A DNA stretch of 64,000 nucleotides, from contig OY760935.1 in assembly GCA_963664295.1 (NCBI GenBank), positions 576,001 through 640,000 on the forward strand. Direction: 5' to 3'. This DNA comes from Candidatus Altimarinota bacterium (lineage in GTDB: Bacteria; Patescibacteriota; Gracilibacteria; CAIRYL01; GCA-016699755). Numbering within the stretch: position 1 is the stretch's first letter; each line of letters begins with the position of its first letter. Both the position numbers and the translations under genes were made by a program. The notes under the pieces were generated by a model that made no database searches, was not told the origin of the DNA, and saw nothing but the letters and a program-made list of their open reading frames with translations. Below are positions 38,578 to 47,049 of the stretch, in pieces.

Positions 38578-39156
38578 TTATGACTCAATTTTTAAAACTA
38601 CTTTACTGTTAATTGCTCCTGGCACTGAGCCTTTGATAGCAACTACATTTTTATCTGTATCAATTTTAATTATTTTTCTTCTATGTGTGGTCACTTGTGC
38701 ATTTCCCATATGACCTGGCATTTTTAAGCCTTTTTTTGTTCTACCTGGGTGAACACAAGCACCTGTTGAACCATGTCTTCCTTCTTTTGTACCATGTGTA
38801 TGGCGTGCTGTGCGAAAATTATGTCTTTTTACACCACCTTGAAAACCTTTACCTTTAGAAGTTCCAACAATAGTCACTGTTGTAATTTCTCCTAAGTCAG
38901 CAAGAGTGACCTTGTCTCCTTTTTTAAACTCTTTTTCTGGCTTTGGTAGTTGTTTTAATGTTTTAAATTTCTTGGTCTTGGTTGGTTTTTTGCAAGGATT
39001 AGCACCAATAACTATTGCATCTGCATTATCTTTATCGGCAGTTTTAATTTGTACTACCTCATTAGGTTCACAAAGTACAAAAGTCACTGGGATCATATGC
39101 CCATTTTCCTCTGCAATTTGCCCCATGCCTAATTTTTTTCCTATTATACCGGACAT
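38578..39156 (-). CDS. rplC: 50S ribosomal protein L3
   Basis: GKKLGM, SKGKGFQG.VKR, KG.KMPGHMG, KGSVPG. Confidence 0.97.
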   Translation of the reverse strand: MSGIIGKKLGMGQIAEENGHMIPVTFVLCEPNEVVQIKTADKDNADAIVIGANPCKKPTKTKKFKTLKQLPKPEKEFKKGDKVTLADLGEITTVTIVGTSKGKGFQGGVKRHNFRTARHTHGTKEGRHGSTGACVHPGRTKKGLKMPGHMGNAQVTTHRRKIIKIDTDKNVVAIKGSVPGAINSKVVLKIES

Positions 39157-39240
39157 TGTTCAAATTTTTACAAGCCAAGCCATTTTCGCTGAATTTCTGT
39201 TTGAAGTCAAGAGAATTTTATAAATAAAACTAATATTAAT

Positions 39241-39588
39241 TTAATTCATACTAATTGCATTAAGTATTAAGCATATTTCATCTCTAATTTTAATAAATTT
39301 TTTATAAAATTCATCAAATTGATCTCCTGAATTCCAATCTATTTTTGACACATCTAAAAGTTGCGACATATTGCTAGCTAAGTCACCATTTGCACCTATT
39401 GTTTTTAAGTCTTCTATTGCTTTTTTTAATCTACTCTGAAATTTATTTTTATGTTCATCTATTTTTTCCTTTCTGCCCGCCTTAGCAAAACGGCTATATT
39501 GTATATCAGCAACAAAAACATTATCAGATAAACCATCAAATGTGTTTTTAACTAAATCAAAAACGCTTGGCGGACTTTCTTTAATCAT
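39241..39588 (-). CDS. Hypothetical protein
   Basis: 115-aa ORF between gap and rplC, where rpsJ usually sits. Confidence 0.6.
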   Translation of the reverse strand: MIKESPPSVFDLVKNTFDGLSDNVFVADIQYSRFAKAGRKEKIDEHKNKFQSRLKKAIEDLKTIGANGDLASNMSQLLDVSKIDWNSGDQFDEFYKKFIKIRDEICLILNAISMN

Positions 39589-39631
39589 ATCAAAAAATAC
39601 AGAGGATAAAATTAAGTAAAAATAATACTAT

Positions 39632-40636
39632 TTACCTACTTAATGCATATTGAGCAAGTTCAACTAATCTATTTGCATATCCCCACTCATTATCATACCA
39701 AGCAAGAATTTTTACCATATTATTACCAATTAGCTGAGTGGCTTTTGCATCAACAATACTAGAACGGGAGTCCATTTTGTAATCTACTGAAACAAGAGGT
39801 CGCTCTTCATAGCCTAATATGCCTGCTAATTCATTTTCTGAAGCTTTTTTGAGTTCTTCGTTAATCTCCTCTTTTGAAGTTGCACGATTTAAATTAACAG
39901 TAAGATCAACAATAGAGACAGTAGGCGTAGGAACACGCACAGCACAACCATTTAATTTACCATCAAGCTCAGGAATAACCAAAGCCACTGCTTTTGCAGC
40001 GCCAGTAGTAGTAGGCACCATAGACAAATTCGCGGATCTTGCTCTGCGTAAATCTTTATGAGGAGCATCAAGTAATCTCTGATCACCTGTATAGGAATGA
40101 ATTGTTGTCATTAATCCTTTTTCTATGCCAAATTTCTCATGAAGCACTTTAGCAACAGGAGCAAGTCCATTGGTAGTACAGCTGGCATTAGAAATAATAA
40201 AATGTTTTTCAGGATCATATTGAGCTTCATTAACACCCATAACAAAAGTACCGTCTATTTCACTTTTTGCAGGAGCAGAAAGCACAACCCGCTTAGCACC
40301 AGCAACCAGATGCTGACTAGCCGTCTCACGAGTGCGAAAAACACCAGTACACTCCAGAACCAAATCTACTTCCAGCTCTTTCCAAGGCAATACAGTTGGA
40401 TCTTTTTCTGTATAAATAGGAATTTCTTTACCATTAACAGTCATTGAGTTTTCTGTATATGAAACCTCTCCTTCAAATTTTCCATAAGTTGAATCAAACT
40501 CAAAAAGATGCGCCATAGTCTCTGCAGGAGCAAGGTCGTTGATAGCCACAACCTCTAAGTTCATTTTTCTTTTTAAGATAGAAGCCAAAGCCATTCTGCC
40601 AATCCTACCAAAACCATTAATTGCAACTTTTTTCAT
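39632..40636 (-). CDS. gap: Glyceraldehyde-3-phosphate dehydrogenase
   Basis: INGFGRIGR, SNASCTTN, WYDNEWGY. Confidence 0.98.
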   Translation of the reverse strand: MKKVAINGFGRIGRMALASILKRKMNLEVVAINDLAPAETMAHLFEFDSTYGKFEGEVSYTENSMTVNGKEIPIYTEKDPTVLPWKELEVDLVLECTGVFRTRETASQHLVAGAKRVVLSAPAKSEIDGTFVMGVNEAQYDPEKHFIISNASCTTNGLAPVAKVLHEKFGIEKGLMTTIHSYTGDQRLLDAPHKDLRRARSANLSMVPTTTGAAKAVALVIPELDGKLNGCAVRVPTPTVSIVDLTVNLNRATSKEEINEELKKASENELAGILGYEERPLVSVDYKMDSRSSIVDAKATQLIGNNMVKILAWYDNEWGYANRLVELAQYALSR

Positions 40637-40663
40637 TATTTTTAATTAAAAAATCAAACAAAA

Positions 40664-41623
40664 CTAAAAAAACAATTTAGAAACAGAACGTTTCTCAAGA
40701 ACATTTTGAATTACATTTGCCACCAAAGGAGCAACAGAGACAACTTGAAGATTTAATTTTTTCTCTGCGTCTTCAGGCAAAGGAAGTGAATTTGTCACTA
40801 AAATTTTATGAAAATTGGCTTCTGCAAGCCGATCAACAGCAGGACCAGAAAAAATAGGATGAGTAGCAACAAGATAAACATTATCATTTGCACCTGCTTC
40901 TATAAGTGCATTTTTTGCACCCAGCACACTCCCCGCAGTGTCCACCATATCATCAACCAAAATTGGAGTTTTCCCTTTAACATCACCAATAACATTACTC
41001 ATCATTTCCGCTTTATTATGATCAGGACGAGTTTTATGCAAAAGAGCAAGATCTGCACCAAGCGCATCAGCAAACTTCTTAGCATATTTAGCGCCACCAG
41101 CATCAGGCGAAACAACTACAGGATTTTCTATTTTTTCCTTTTTTAATTCTTCAACAAAAATATACTTAGCATTAAGGTTGTCAACAGGCACATCAAAGAA
41201 AGCCTGAATCTGATCCGCGTGTAAATGCAAAGTAATAAGATGATCTGCGCCAGCTTCGACCAATAGTTTAGCCATTAACTTAGCAGAAATTGCCTCTCTG
41301 GCTTTGTGAATTTTATCCTGACGGGAATAACCAAAATAAGGCAAAATTACATGAACTTTTTTAGCAAAACTCCGCTTAGCAGCATCGCACATTAAAAAAG
41401 TTTCCATAAAATCCTCATTCACTGTATAGCGAGTGGTTGTGTTGATGATAAACACATGCTTTCCGCGTACAGAATCCTCTAAGTTCACAAAAATCTCACC
41501 ACAGGCAAATTTTTTCAGAGTTATGTTTGCAAGTGGCACGTTCAAAAGTTTGGCTATTTCATCTGCCAGTTCTGAGTGAACTGTGCCTGCAAATAGCCGG
41601 AAGTCGGTTTGTTCTTTATTCAT
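40664..41623 (-). CDS. prs: Ribose-phosphate pyrophosphokinase
   Basis: PYFGYSRQD, LHA.QIQ.FF, VSPDAGG, DDMVDTAGS. Confidence 0.97.
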   Translation of the reverse strand: MNKEQTDFRLFAGTVHSELADEIAKLLNVPLANITLKKFACGEIFVNLEDSVRGKHVFIINTTTRYTVNEDFMETFLMCDAAKRSFAKKVHVILPYFGYSRQDKIHKAREAISAKLMAKLLVEAGADHLITLHLHADQIQAFFDVPVDNLNAKYIFVEELKKEKIENPVVVSPDAGGAKYAKKFADALGADLALLHKTRPDHNKAEMMSNVIGDVKGKTPILVDDMVDTAGSVLGAKNALIEAGANDNVYLVATHPIFSGPAVDRLAEANFHKILVTNSLPLPEDAEKKLNLQVVSVAPLVANVIQNVLEKRSVSKLFF

Positions 41624-41708
41624 TTAAGTAAATCTTACAAAAAAATTCTTTATTTGGAAATAAAATTTTTTAAACACAAGAAAAAAGCGAGTAAAAAAAC
41701 TCACTTAC

Positions 41709-41747
41709 AAAAAAATGGCGAGGGGTGGCAAGTGCCACCCCGTTGCC
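41709..41747 (-). terminator. Strong intrinsic terminator of the GC-rich gene
   Basis: GGGGTGGCA-CT-TGCCACCCC stem, extended, followed by T7 on the minus strand. Confidence 0.85.
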
Positions 41748-41755
41748 GGATTCCA

Positions 41756-42823
41756 TCAATTTGCGATTTTGGCTGGATACACCCCACCAGCCGAAAAGTT
41801 AACCTTACCATTGAAGCCACTCAAAGCCTCGATGGCCTCATAATTGACCTTGTATGGGGTGGCCAGGGTCAGTTCAGAGCCCTGAAAGTTTGCCAATATT
41901 TGCACAAACTCTCTAGCGTAGCTTGCTGTCTCAGGAGACAGCTGAAAGCCCAATTGAACGGTCAATTTTTTTGCATTTGACCGACTAATGGCTTCGAAGG
42001 ATTCCATGTAGATACCCCGATTTTTTTCGCAGGTTTCGAGGCATACTTCCAGTTCATCGCCGGCAAAAGCCACGATTTCATTGACCGCAGGGCTCTGACG
42101 TATGTGATACGTAAAGCGAGCCGAAACGCTCAATTTTTCGCCGCCAAAAGTGGCAAGGGCCTTCCAGACTTCAGGATCAAAGCAGATATCGACATCGAGC
42201 CTTAGCTCTCTGCCTTTGAAATTGGCAATGCGGCCAACAGTATCACCACTGGGAATGTGAAGCATGATGTCCAGCGTATCACACTGAAAGCTGGAAATTG
42301 CTTCCAGTGATTCCACTGTGGGCTGACCGAAAAACATGAGCTCAATGGCCCCCTGAAACGCAGACAACGCCTGCAATTGCTCGAAGCTGGGACAGTAGCG
42401 CATACACCAAATGCTCAATGTGTCACCCTGAAACTTGGTGGCAAGACTAGAAAGCACGCTGGGAGTAAAACAATCCCCCTCTTCCTTGTCAGCAAAACTC
42501 AGCCTTAGCGTATCTCCGTCAAATCGAGACAAACGCATGATTTCCCAGGGAGTAAAGCCATTTTTACTAGTGCTATACCAAAGGCCATCAGTAAACAGGG
42601 AAAAGCCCTGGTATTTTTGACTACTGCCACTACTGCCGATGCCTAAGGTGCTGACGTGCTCTGAAACCTCCTGAATGTTCCAAAGAGGAAAGTTGGGAAG
42701 ATCAAAGACTTTTTCCTGAGGCAAATCAGGGTCAACATAACCAATTCCGCCTGCCCAGCTCGCATTAGCGAGAGCAGTCAGAACGACCAATACGACAGTC
42801 AGTGTTTTACATGTTTTCTGCAT
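41756..42823 (-). CDS. Secreted protein with ~25-aa LRR-like repeats (L..F.G..L.L), atypically GC-rich
   Basis: Signal peptide ending ASWA; repeats LSRFDGDTLRL, LSAFQGAIEL, IANFKGRELRL, LATFGGEKLSV, LANFQGSELTL. Confidence 0.75.
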   Translation of the reverse strand: MQKTCKTLTVVLVVLTALANASWAGGIGYVDPDLPQEKVFDLPNFPLWNIQEVSEHVSTLGIGSSGSSQKYQGFSLFTDGLWYSTSKNGFTPWEIMRLSRFDGDTLRLSFADKEEGDCFTPSVLSSLATKFQGDTLSIWCMRYCPSFEQLQALSAFQGAIELMFFGQPTVESLEAISSFQCDTLDIMLHIPSGDTVGRIANFKGRELRLDVDICFDPEVWKALATFGGEKLSVSARFTYHIRQSPAVNEIVAFAGDELEVCLETCEKNRGIYMESFEAISRSNAKKLTVQLGFQLSPETASYAREFVQILANFQGSELTLATPYKVNYEAIEALSGFNGKVNFSAGGVYPAKIAN

Positions 42824-42949
42824 GGATAATTCCTTTCTACGTGTTCTTGAAGTTTAAACAAGGATGAGCAGTAGCTAGAAAACACCTCCTTCCAGTTTCC
42901 TGTTGAAAGTTTATATGTTTGAATGACTTTAAAAGTCATAATTAATCGC

Positions 42950-43031
42950 AAAGAGATGGACCATCAGCTTCTTATGAAAATCACGCACAATATGCATGTG
43001 GTGTTTCTTTGAAACTAACAGTCCACTCTTT
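42950..43031 (-). ncRNA. Candidate structured 5' leader (long GU-rich hairpin)
   Basis: UGGACUGUUAGUUUC pairs with GAAGCUGAUGGUCCA (15 bp including G-U) only on the minus strand. Confidence 0.45.
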
Positions 43032-43061
43032 ACAGCCAAATTGTTAAAGATCAGTTTAAGT

Positions 43062-43089
43062 ATTATATACTTTTTTTTATATTTGTCAA
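43062..43089 (-). promoter_or_regulatory. Consensus promoter TTGACA-16-TATAAT followed by boxA-like ATCTTTAACAA
   Basis: Exact hexamers; boxA-like motif at 43041-43051. Confidence 0.6.
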
Positions 43090-43151
43090 TAGTAATATAT
43101 ATAAAAAAATAATTCTCCTAATAACGCATATAAAAGAGAAAAAAACCGCTT

Positions 43152-43582
43152 TGTCATTCTGAGCGGAGTGAAATGGAGCGAAGAATCTCCTTGTTTATTC
43201 TTTCAAAACCTGCCTTATCTTGTCATTGCGGAATTGATCCGCAATCTCCTTTACCATACGCTCAAAAACTAATTCGGTTATTACAATAGTAATGACTACG
43301 GGAGATCCTTCGTTTCACTCGGGATGACTGTTTTATTTGTCATTCTAAACAAACTATTTTTGTCATTCTGAGCGGAGTGAAGTAGAGCGAAGAATCTCCT
43401 TAAAACATATACTCAAACCTTGCCTTAGGTGTTCCTCTGCTGTCATTCTGAGCGAAGCGAAGAATCTCCTTGGACATGTGCCCAAAAACTAGCTTGGCTA
43501 TTACAGCAGTAATGACTACGGGAGATTCCTCGACTCGCCTAAAGGCTCGCTCGGAATGACAAAAAAGAAGATCAGGATGACA
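43152..43582. repeat. Array 3 of TGTC-tagged palindromic repeats
   Basis: TGTCATT at 43152, 43221, 43338, 43361, 43441; doublets 43221-43328 and 43441-43561. Confidence 0.9.
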
Positions 43583-43654
43583 ATCATTGTAAATGAAAAC
43601 ACTAAGCGATCCGCCTAGGCGGACAATGCGTAACTTATTTTTATTTAAAAATAC

Positions 43655-43689
43655 AAAAAATCACCCCAGTACTTACTAGAGTGATTTTT
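43655..43689 (-). terminator. Terminator after rplL
   Basis: AAAAATCAC...GTGATTTTT IR. Confidence 0.65.
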
Positions 43690-43708
43690 AGCTCTTAAAA
43701 TAATAAAA

Positions 43709-44119
43709 CTATTTTAGTTCAACAGTAGCACCAGCTTCTTCAAGCTTGCCTTTTATTTCTTCTGCTTCTTCTTTTTTAACACCTTCTTTAAGAGGTTTTG
43801 GAGCACCATCAACTAAATCTTTAGCTTCTTTCAAGCCAAGACCAGTGATTTCACGTACAACTTTGATAACGTTGATTTTTTGACCACCAGCAGCAGCAAG
43901 AACAACATCAAAACTGTCTTTTTCTTCTGCAGCACCAGCATCACCAGCAGGAGCGCCAACAGCAGCTACAGCAACAGGAGCAGCAGCAGAAACGCCAAAC
44001 TTGTCTTCCATTACTTTAACAAGGTTAGCAAGTTCCAATACAGATAGTTTTTCAACTGCATCAAGAATGCTTTGTGCTTCTTTTGAAAGCTCTGGTAAGT
44101 CTTTTTTTTCTTCTGACAT
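43709..44119 (-). CDS. rplL: 50S ribosomal protein L7/L12
   Basis: [28 protein letters not shown]. Confidence 0.98.
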   Translation of the reverse strand: MSEEKKDLPELSKEAQSILDAVEKLSVLELANLVKVMEDKFGVSAAAPVAVAAVGAPAGDAGAAEEKDSFDVVLAAAGGQKINVIKVVREITGLGLKEAKDLVDGAPKPLKEGVKKEEAEEIKGKLEEAGATVELK

Positions 44120-44196
44120 GATTTTATTAAAAAATTGAAAATCTTTATATTGTTTTCATGCTTCGCAAAGCTCCACATGATAAAAAGTTAACTAAA

Positions 44197-44730
44197 TTAA
44201 GCGGTTTGTTCTTTTTGTTTAGAAATTTCTGACAAAGCACGAACAAAACCGGAAACAACTCCGTTAGTTGTGCCAACAAAACCGGAAATTGGTGAATTGA
44301 TAGAGCCAAGTAATTTTGCCAAAAGCTCTTCGCGAGAAGGAACAGAGGCAAGAGCAATAATATATTCAGCATCTACTGGTTTTCCTTCAAAAACTCCTCC
44401 ATGAATAACAAGTTTTTCATTGTCTTTTGTATATTTATGAGTGACTTGAATGCTTGATAACTCGTCTTCAAAACCAAAAACTGCACCAATAGGACCTTTC
44501 ATAACAGAATCACCTATTTCTTCAATTCCGTTTTCTGCCAATGCTTTTTTGAATAAAGTTTTTTTAGCAAGACCGTATTCAGCACCTTTTTCGCGCAATT
44601 TTGCACGATAGTCTGTGATTTCTTCTACTGTTAATCCTTTATTTTCTGCAAAAACTATACTTTTTGCATCTTTAAATTTTTCAGTTAGTTTTTTTAGTAT
44701 TTCTTCTTTTTGTTCGCGTGATATTGCCAT
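44197..44730 (-). CDS. rplJ: 50S ribosomal protein L10
   Basis: GLTV, K.TL, LAS.PSREELLA; upstream of rplL. Confidence 0.95.
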   Translation of the reverse strand: MAISREQKEEILKKLTEKFKDAKSIVFAENKGLTVEEITDYRAKLREKGAEYGLAKKTLFKKALAENGIEEIGDSVMKGPIGAVFGFEDELSSIQVTHKYTKDNEKLVIHGGVFEGKPVDAEYIIALASVPSREELLAKLLGSINSPISGFVGTTNGVVSGFVRALSEISKQKEQTA

Positions 44731-44749
44731 TTTGATTTAAAAAAAATCT

Positions 44750-44843
44750 TGAAGCATAGAGACATCAAGAAAAGCAAGTTAATAAAACGATTTTTGCTTG
44801 TCTCGGCAGGGCTTATTTGTTTGCCTGCTGTCTCTGACCAACT
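44750..44843 (-). promoter_or_regulatory. L10 leader (r-protein autoregulatory RNA)
   Basis: AGAGACAGCAGG...CCTGCCGAGAC resembles the L10-leader core (AGAC.G.AGG...CCU.C.GAG); directly 5' of rplJ. Confidence 0.7.
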
Positions 44844-44917
44844 CATTTTCGCAAAAGATTTTAAAATAGTCAAGAATTTTCTTTGAAATTGCAAACTTCT
44901 CATGAGAAAATGAATTC

Positions 44918-45592
44918 ATGATTGAATTTATTGGAGCAAAAAAAACTTTTGTATTAGGCAATGAAGAATGGAGCTTGGGTCCTTTGGATGTTAAAATAAA
45001 AAAAGAGGAAAGAGTAGCTATTATAGGCTCTTCTGGTTCTGGAAAATCAACCTTACTTCATCTAACAGGAGCTTTGACAAAACTTGATGCAGGTCAAATT
45101 AAAATTTTTGGCAAAAATCTAAGCACAATGCACGGCTCAGAAATGCGCAAATTCCGCAATGAGCAAATTGGTTTTATTTTTCAAGATTTTTTTCTTTTTC
45201 CAGAATTTAGCCTTATTGAAAATGTAGAAATGCCAATGTTAGTGGCAAATATCAAGAAAAAAACAGCACAAGAAAAAGCCAAAAAAATACTAGAAGAAGT
45301 TGGTCTATCACACAGATTAAATCATCATCCAGCAGAGCTTTCCGGCGGACAAAGGCAAAGAGGAGCAATAGCCAGAGCACTAGTTATGGAACCAGATATT
45401 TTACTAGCAGATGAGCCAACTGGCAATCTAGACAAAGACAATAGCCAAAAAATAATCAAATTAATTTCTGAATTACAAAAAAAACGCAAGATGACACTTT
45501 TGCTTGCCACACATGATGATAATGTAGCAGAAATTTGCTCCCGCAAAATTATTTTAGATAATGGACAAGTTTCTAATGATCAAATTTTATAA
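44918..45592 (+). CDS. ABC transporter ATP-binding protein (LolD/MacB-like)
   Basis: GSSGSGKST, LSGGQRQR, LLADEPTGNLD, THD. Confidence 0.93.
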   Translation: MIEFIGAKKTFVLGNEEWSLGPLDVKIKKEERVAIIGSSGSGKSTLLHLTGALTKLDAGQIKIFGKNLSTMHGSEMRKFRNEQIGFIFQDFFLFPEFSLIENVEMPMLVANIKKKTAQEKAKKILEEVGLSHRLNHHPAELSGGQRQRGAIARALVMEPDILLADEPTGNLDKDNSQKIIKLISELQKKRKMTLLLATHDDNVAEICSRKIILDNGQVSNDQIL

Positions 45593-45606
45593 TTTTATTT
45601 TAAAAA

Positions 45607-46341
45607 ATGGCTAAGATAGGACTTATTGGTTATGGAAAAATGGGCAAATTAATCCACAAAATTGCGCTAGAAAGAGGGCATGAAGTTCCAGTTATTATTG
45701 ATGTTTCCGCTCCTGAAGCAACTGCGAGTGACATAACAGAAGAAAGCGTAAAAAATGCTGATGTTTTAATTGATTTTTCAATCCCCTCTTCTGCATTAAG
45801 CAATCTTGAAAAAGCTAGTAAACTAGGAAAAAATTATGTCATGGGCACAACTGGCTGGACCAACGAAATGGAAAAAGTAAAAAAAATAGTTGATGACGCA
45901 AAAATTGGCTTTATTTGGGGCTCTAATTTCTCTTTAATGGTGCAACTTTTTTTCAAAATTGCTCGCGAAACAGCAAAATTGGTCAATAAATATGATGATA
46001 TTGATGTAGCCACTTGGGAAGCTCATCACAAACACAAAATAGACTCTCCTAGTGGCACAGCGGAAACCATTGGTGAAATTCTGCTTTCTGAAATTGACCG
46101 CAAAAAAAATTTACTTTTAGATAGACCCGATGGCGCAATAAATCCTGAAGACCTACACTTAGCTACTATTCGTGTTGGCGAAGTACCTGGCACTCATGGG
46201 ATCATTTTTGACACTAATTCAGATACTATAGAAATCAAAAATACTTCCCGCTCTCGTGATGGTTTTGCACTTGGTGCTGTGATTGCATCAGAATTTATTG
46301 TTGATAAAACCGGTTTTTTTGATTTTAGAGATGTTGTGTAA
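45607..46341 (+). CDS. dapB: 4-hydroxy-tetrahydrodipicolinate reductase
   Basis: G.GKMG, IDFS, GTTG, EAHHKHKIDSPSGTA, R..FA.GA. Confidence 0.95.
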   Translation: MAKIGLIGYGKMGKLIHKIALERGHEVPVIIDVSAPEATASDITEESVKNADVLIDFSIPSSALSNLEKASKLGKNYVMGTTGWTNEMEKVKKIVDDAKIGFIWGSNFSLMVQLFFKIARETAKLVNKYDDIDVATWEAHHKHKIDSPSGTAETIGEILLSEIDRKKNLLLDRPDGAINPEDLHLATIRVGEVPGTHGIIFDTNSDTIEIKNTSRSRDGFALGAVIASEFIVDKTGFFDFRDVV

Positions 46342-46368
46342 AATTTTTTATTGCTTAAATAAGCTATA

Positions 46369-46470
46369 TGTCATTGCCCGATTTGATCCACCACGGCGGA
46401 CTTACAATCGGACAATCCATTTGCCATCTAAATTTTCTGCTGGATTATCGGATCAAGCCCGATAATGACA
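46369..46470. repeat. Empty inverted REP doublet next to the GIY-YIG element
   Basis: TGTCATTGCCCGA...AATCC at 46369 (interrupted by a 21-nt insert) and CTGGATTATCGGATCAAGCCCGATAATGACA at 46440-46470, identical to 46861-46891. Confidence 0.85.
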
Positions 46471-46511
46471 ATAATGAATTATTAACCTTGTTATTAGCGA
46501 GTTTCTTTTTT

Positions 46512-46891
46512 TGTCATTGCCCGACTTGATCGGGCAATCCAGAAACTAAAAAATTATAACAAATCATTATATAAATCATTCCACTGAGGATTAATTTTTT
46601 CAATTAATTCAATTTTCCACTTACGACTCCATTTTTTAAGCTTTTTTTCATAAATAATTGCTGAATTAATATCATTAGTTTTCTTGTAATATACAAGCTT
46701 ATGAACATTATATTTACTAGTAAATCCATTAATTAAATTATTTTTGTGCTCATAAATTCTTTTTATTAAATTATTAGTAACTCCTGTATACAAAGTTCCA
46801 TTGCGACCACTTGCCAATATGTAAACATAATAATCTTTCATTGGTTTTATTTTTATCGTTCTGGATTATCGGATCAAGCCCGATAATGACA
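46512..46891. mobile_element. Candidate 380-bp element: GIY-YIG gene bracketed by inverted 31-bp TGTC-tagged hairpins
   Basis: Left TGTCATTGCCCGACTTGATCGGGCAATCCAG (46512-46542); right end reverse complement TGTCATTATCGGGCTTGATCCGATAATCCAG (46861-46891). Confidence 0.6.
46554..46841 (-). CDS. Stand-alone GIY-YIG nuclease
   Basis: YVYIL...LYTGVT..L.KR..EH, EK.LK.W.R.WK..LIE..NP.W.DL; catalytic R, E, N present. Confidence 0.93.
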   Translation of the reverse strand: MKDYYVYILASGRNGTLYTGVTNNLIKRIYEHKNNLINGFTSKYNVHKLVYYKKTNDINSAIIYEKKLKKWSRKWKIELIEKINPQWNDLYNDLL

Positions 46892-46992
46892 AAATAATCA
46901 AAAGTGTGCTAACGAATAACAATGAACAATGATAAATTTTATTCGAAAACTTTAAAAATACGCAAAACATACATAAAATATGTACATAATAA

Positions 46993-47027
46993 ACATAAAA
47001 AGTGTACATTTTGTACACTTTTTATGT
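46993..47027. terminator. Perfect 16-bp inverted repeat (lysA terminator or operator)
   Basis: ACATAAAAAGTGTACA-TTT-TGTACACTTTTTATGT. Confidence 0.5.
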
Positions 47028-47049
47028 AAATTTTGCGCAAAACAACAAT

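Noticed and set aside
46512-46891. Classical IS or intron-encoded homing endonuclease
   Set aside because: No DDE/HUH transposase, no evident target duplication, intergenic position, and the protein lacks a DNA-binding tail.
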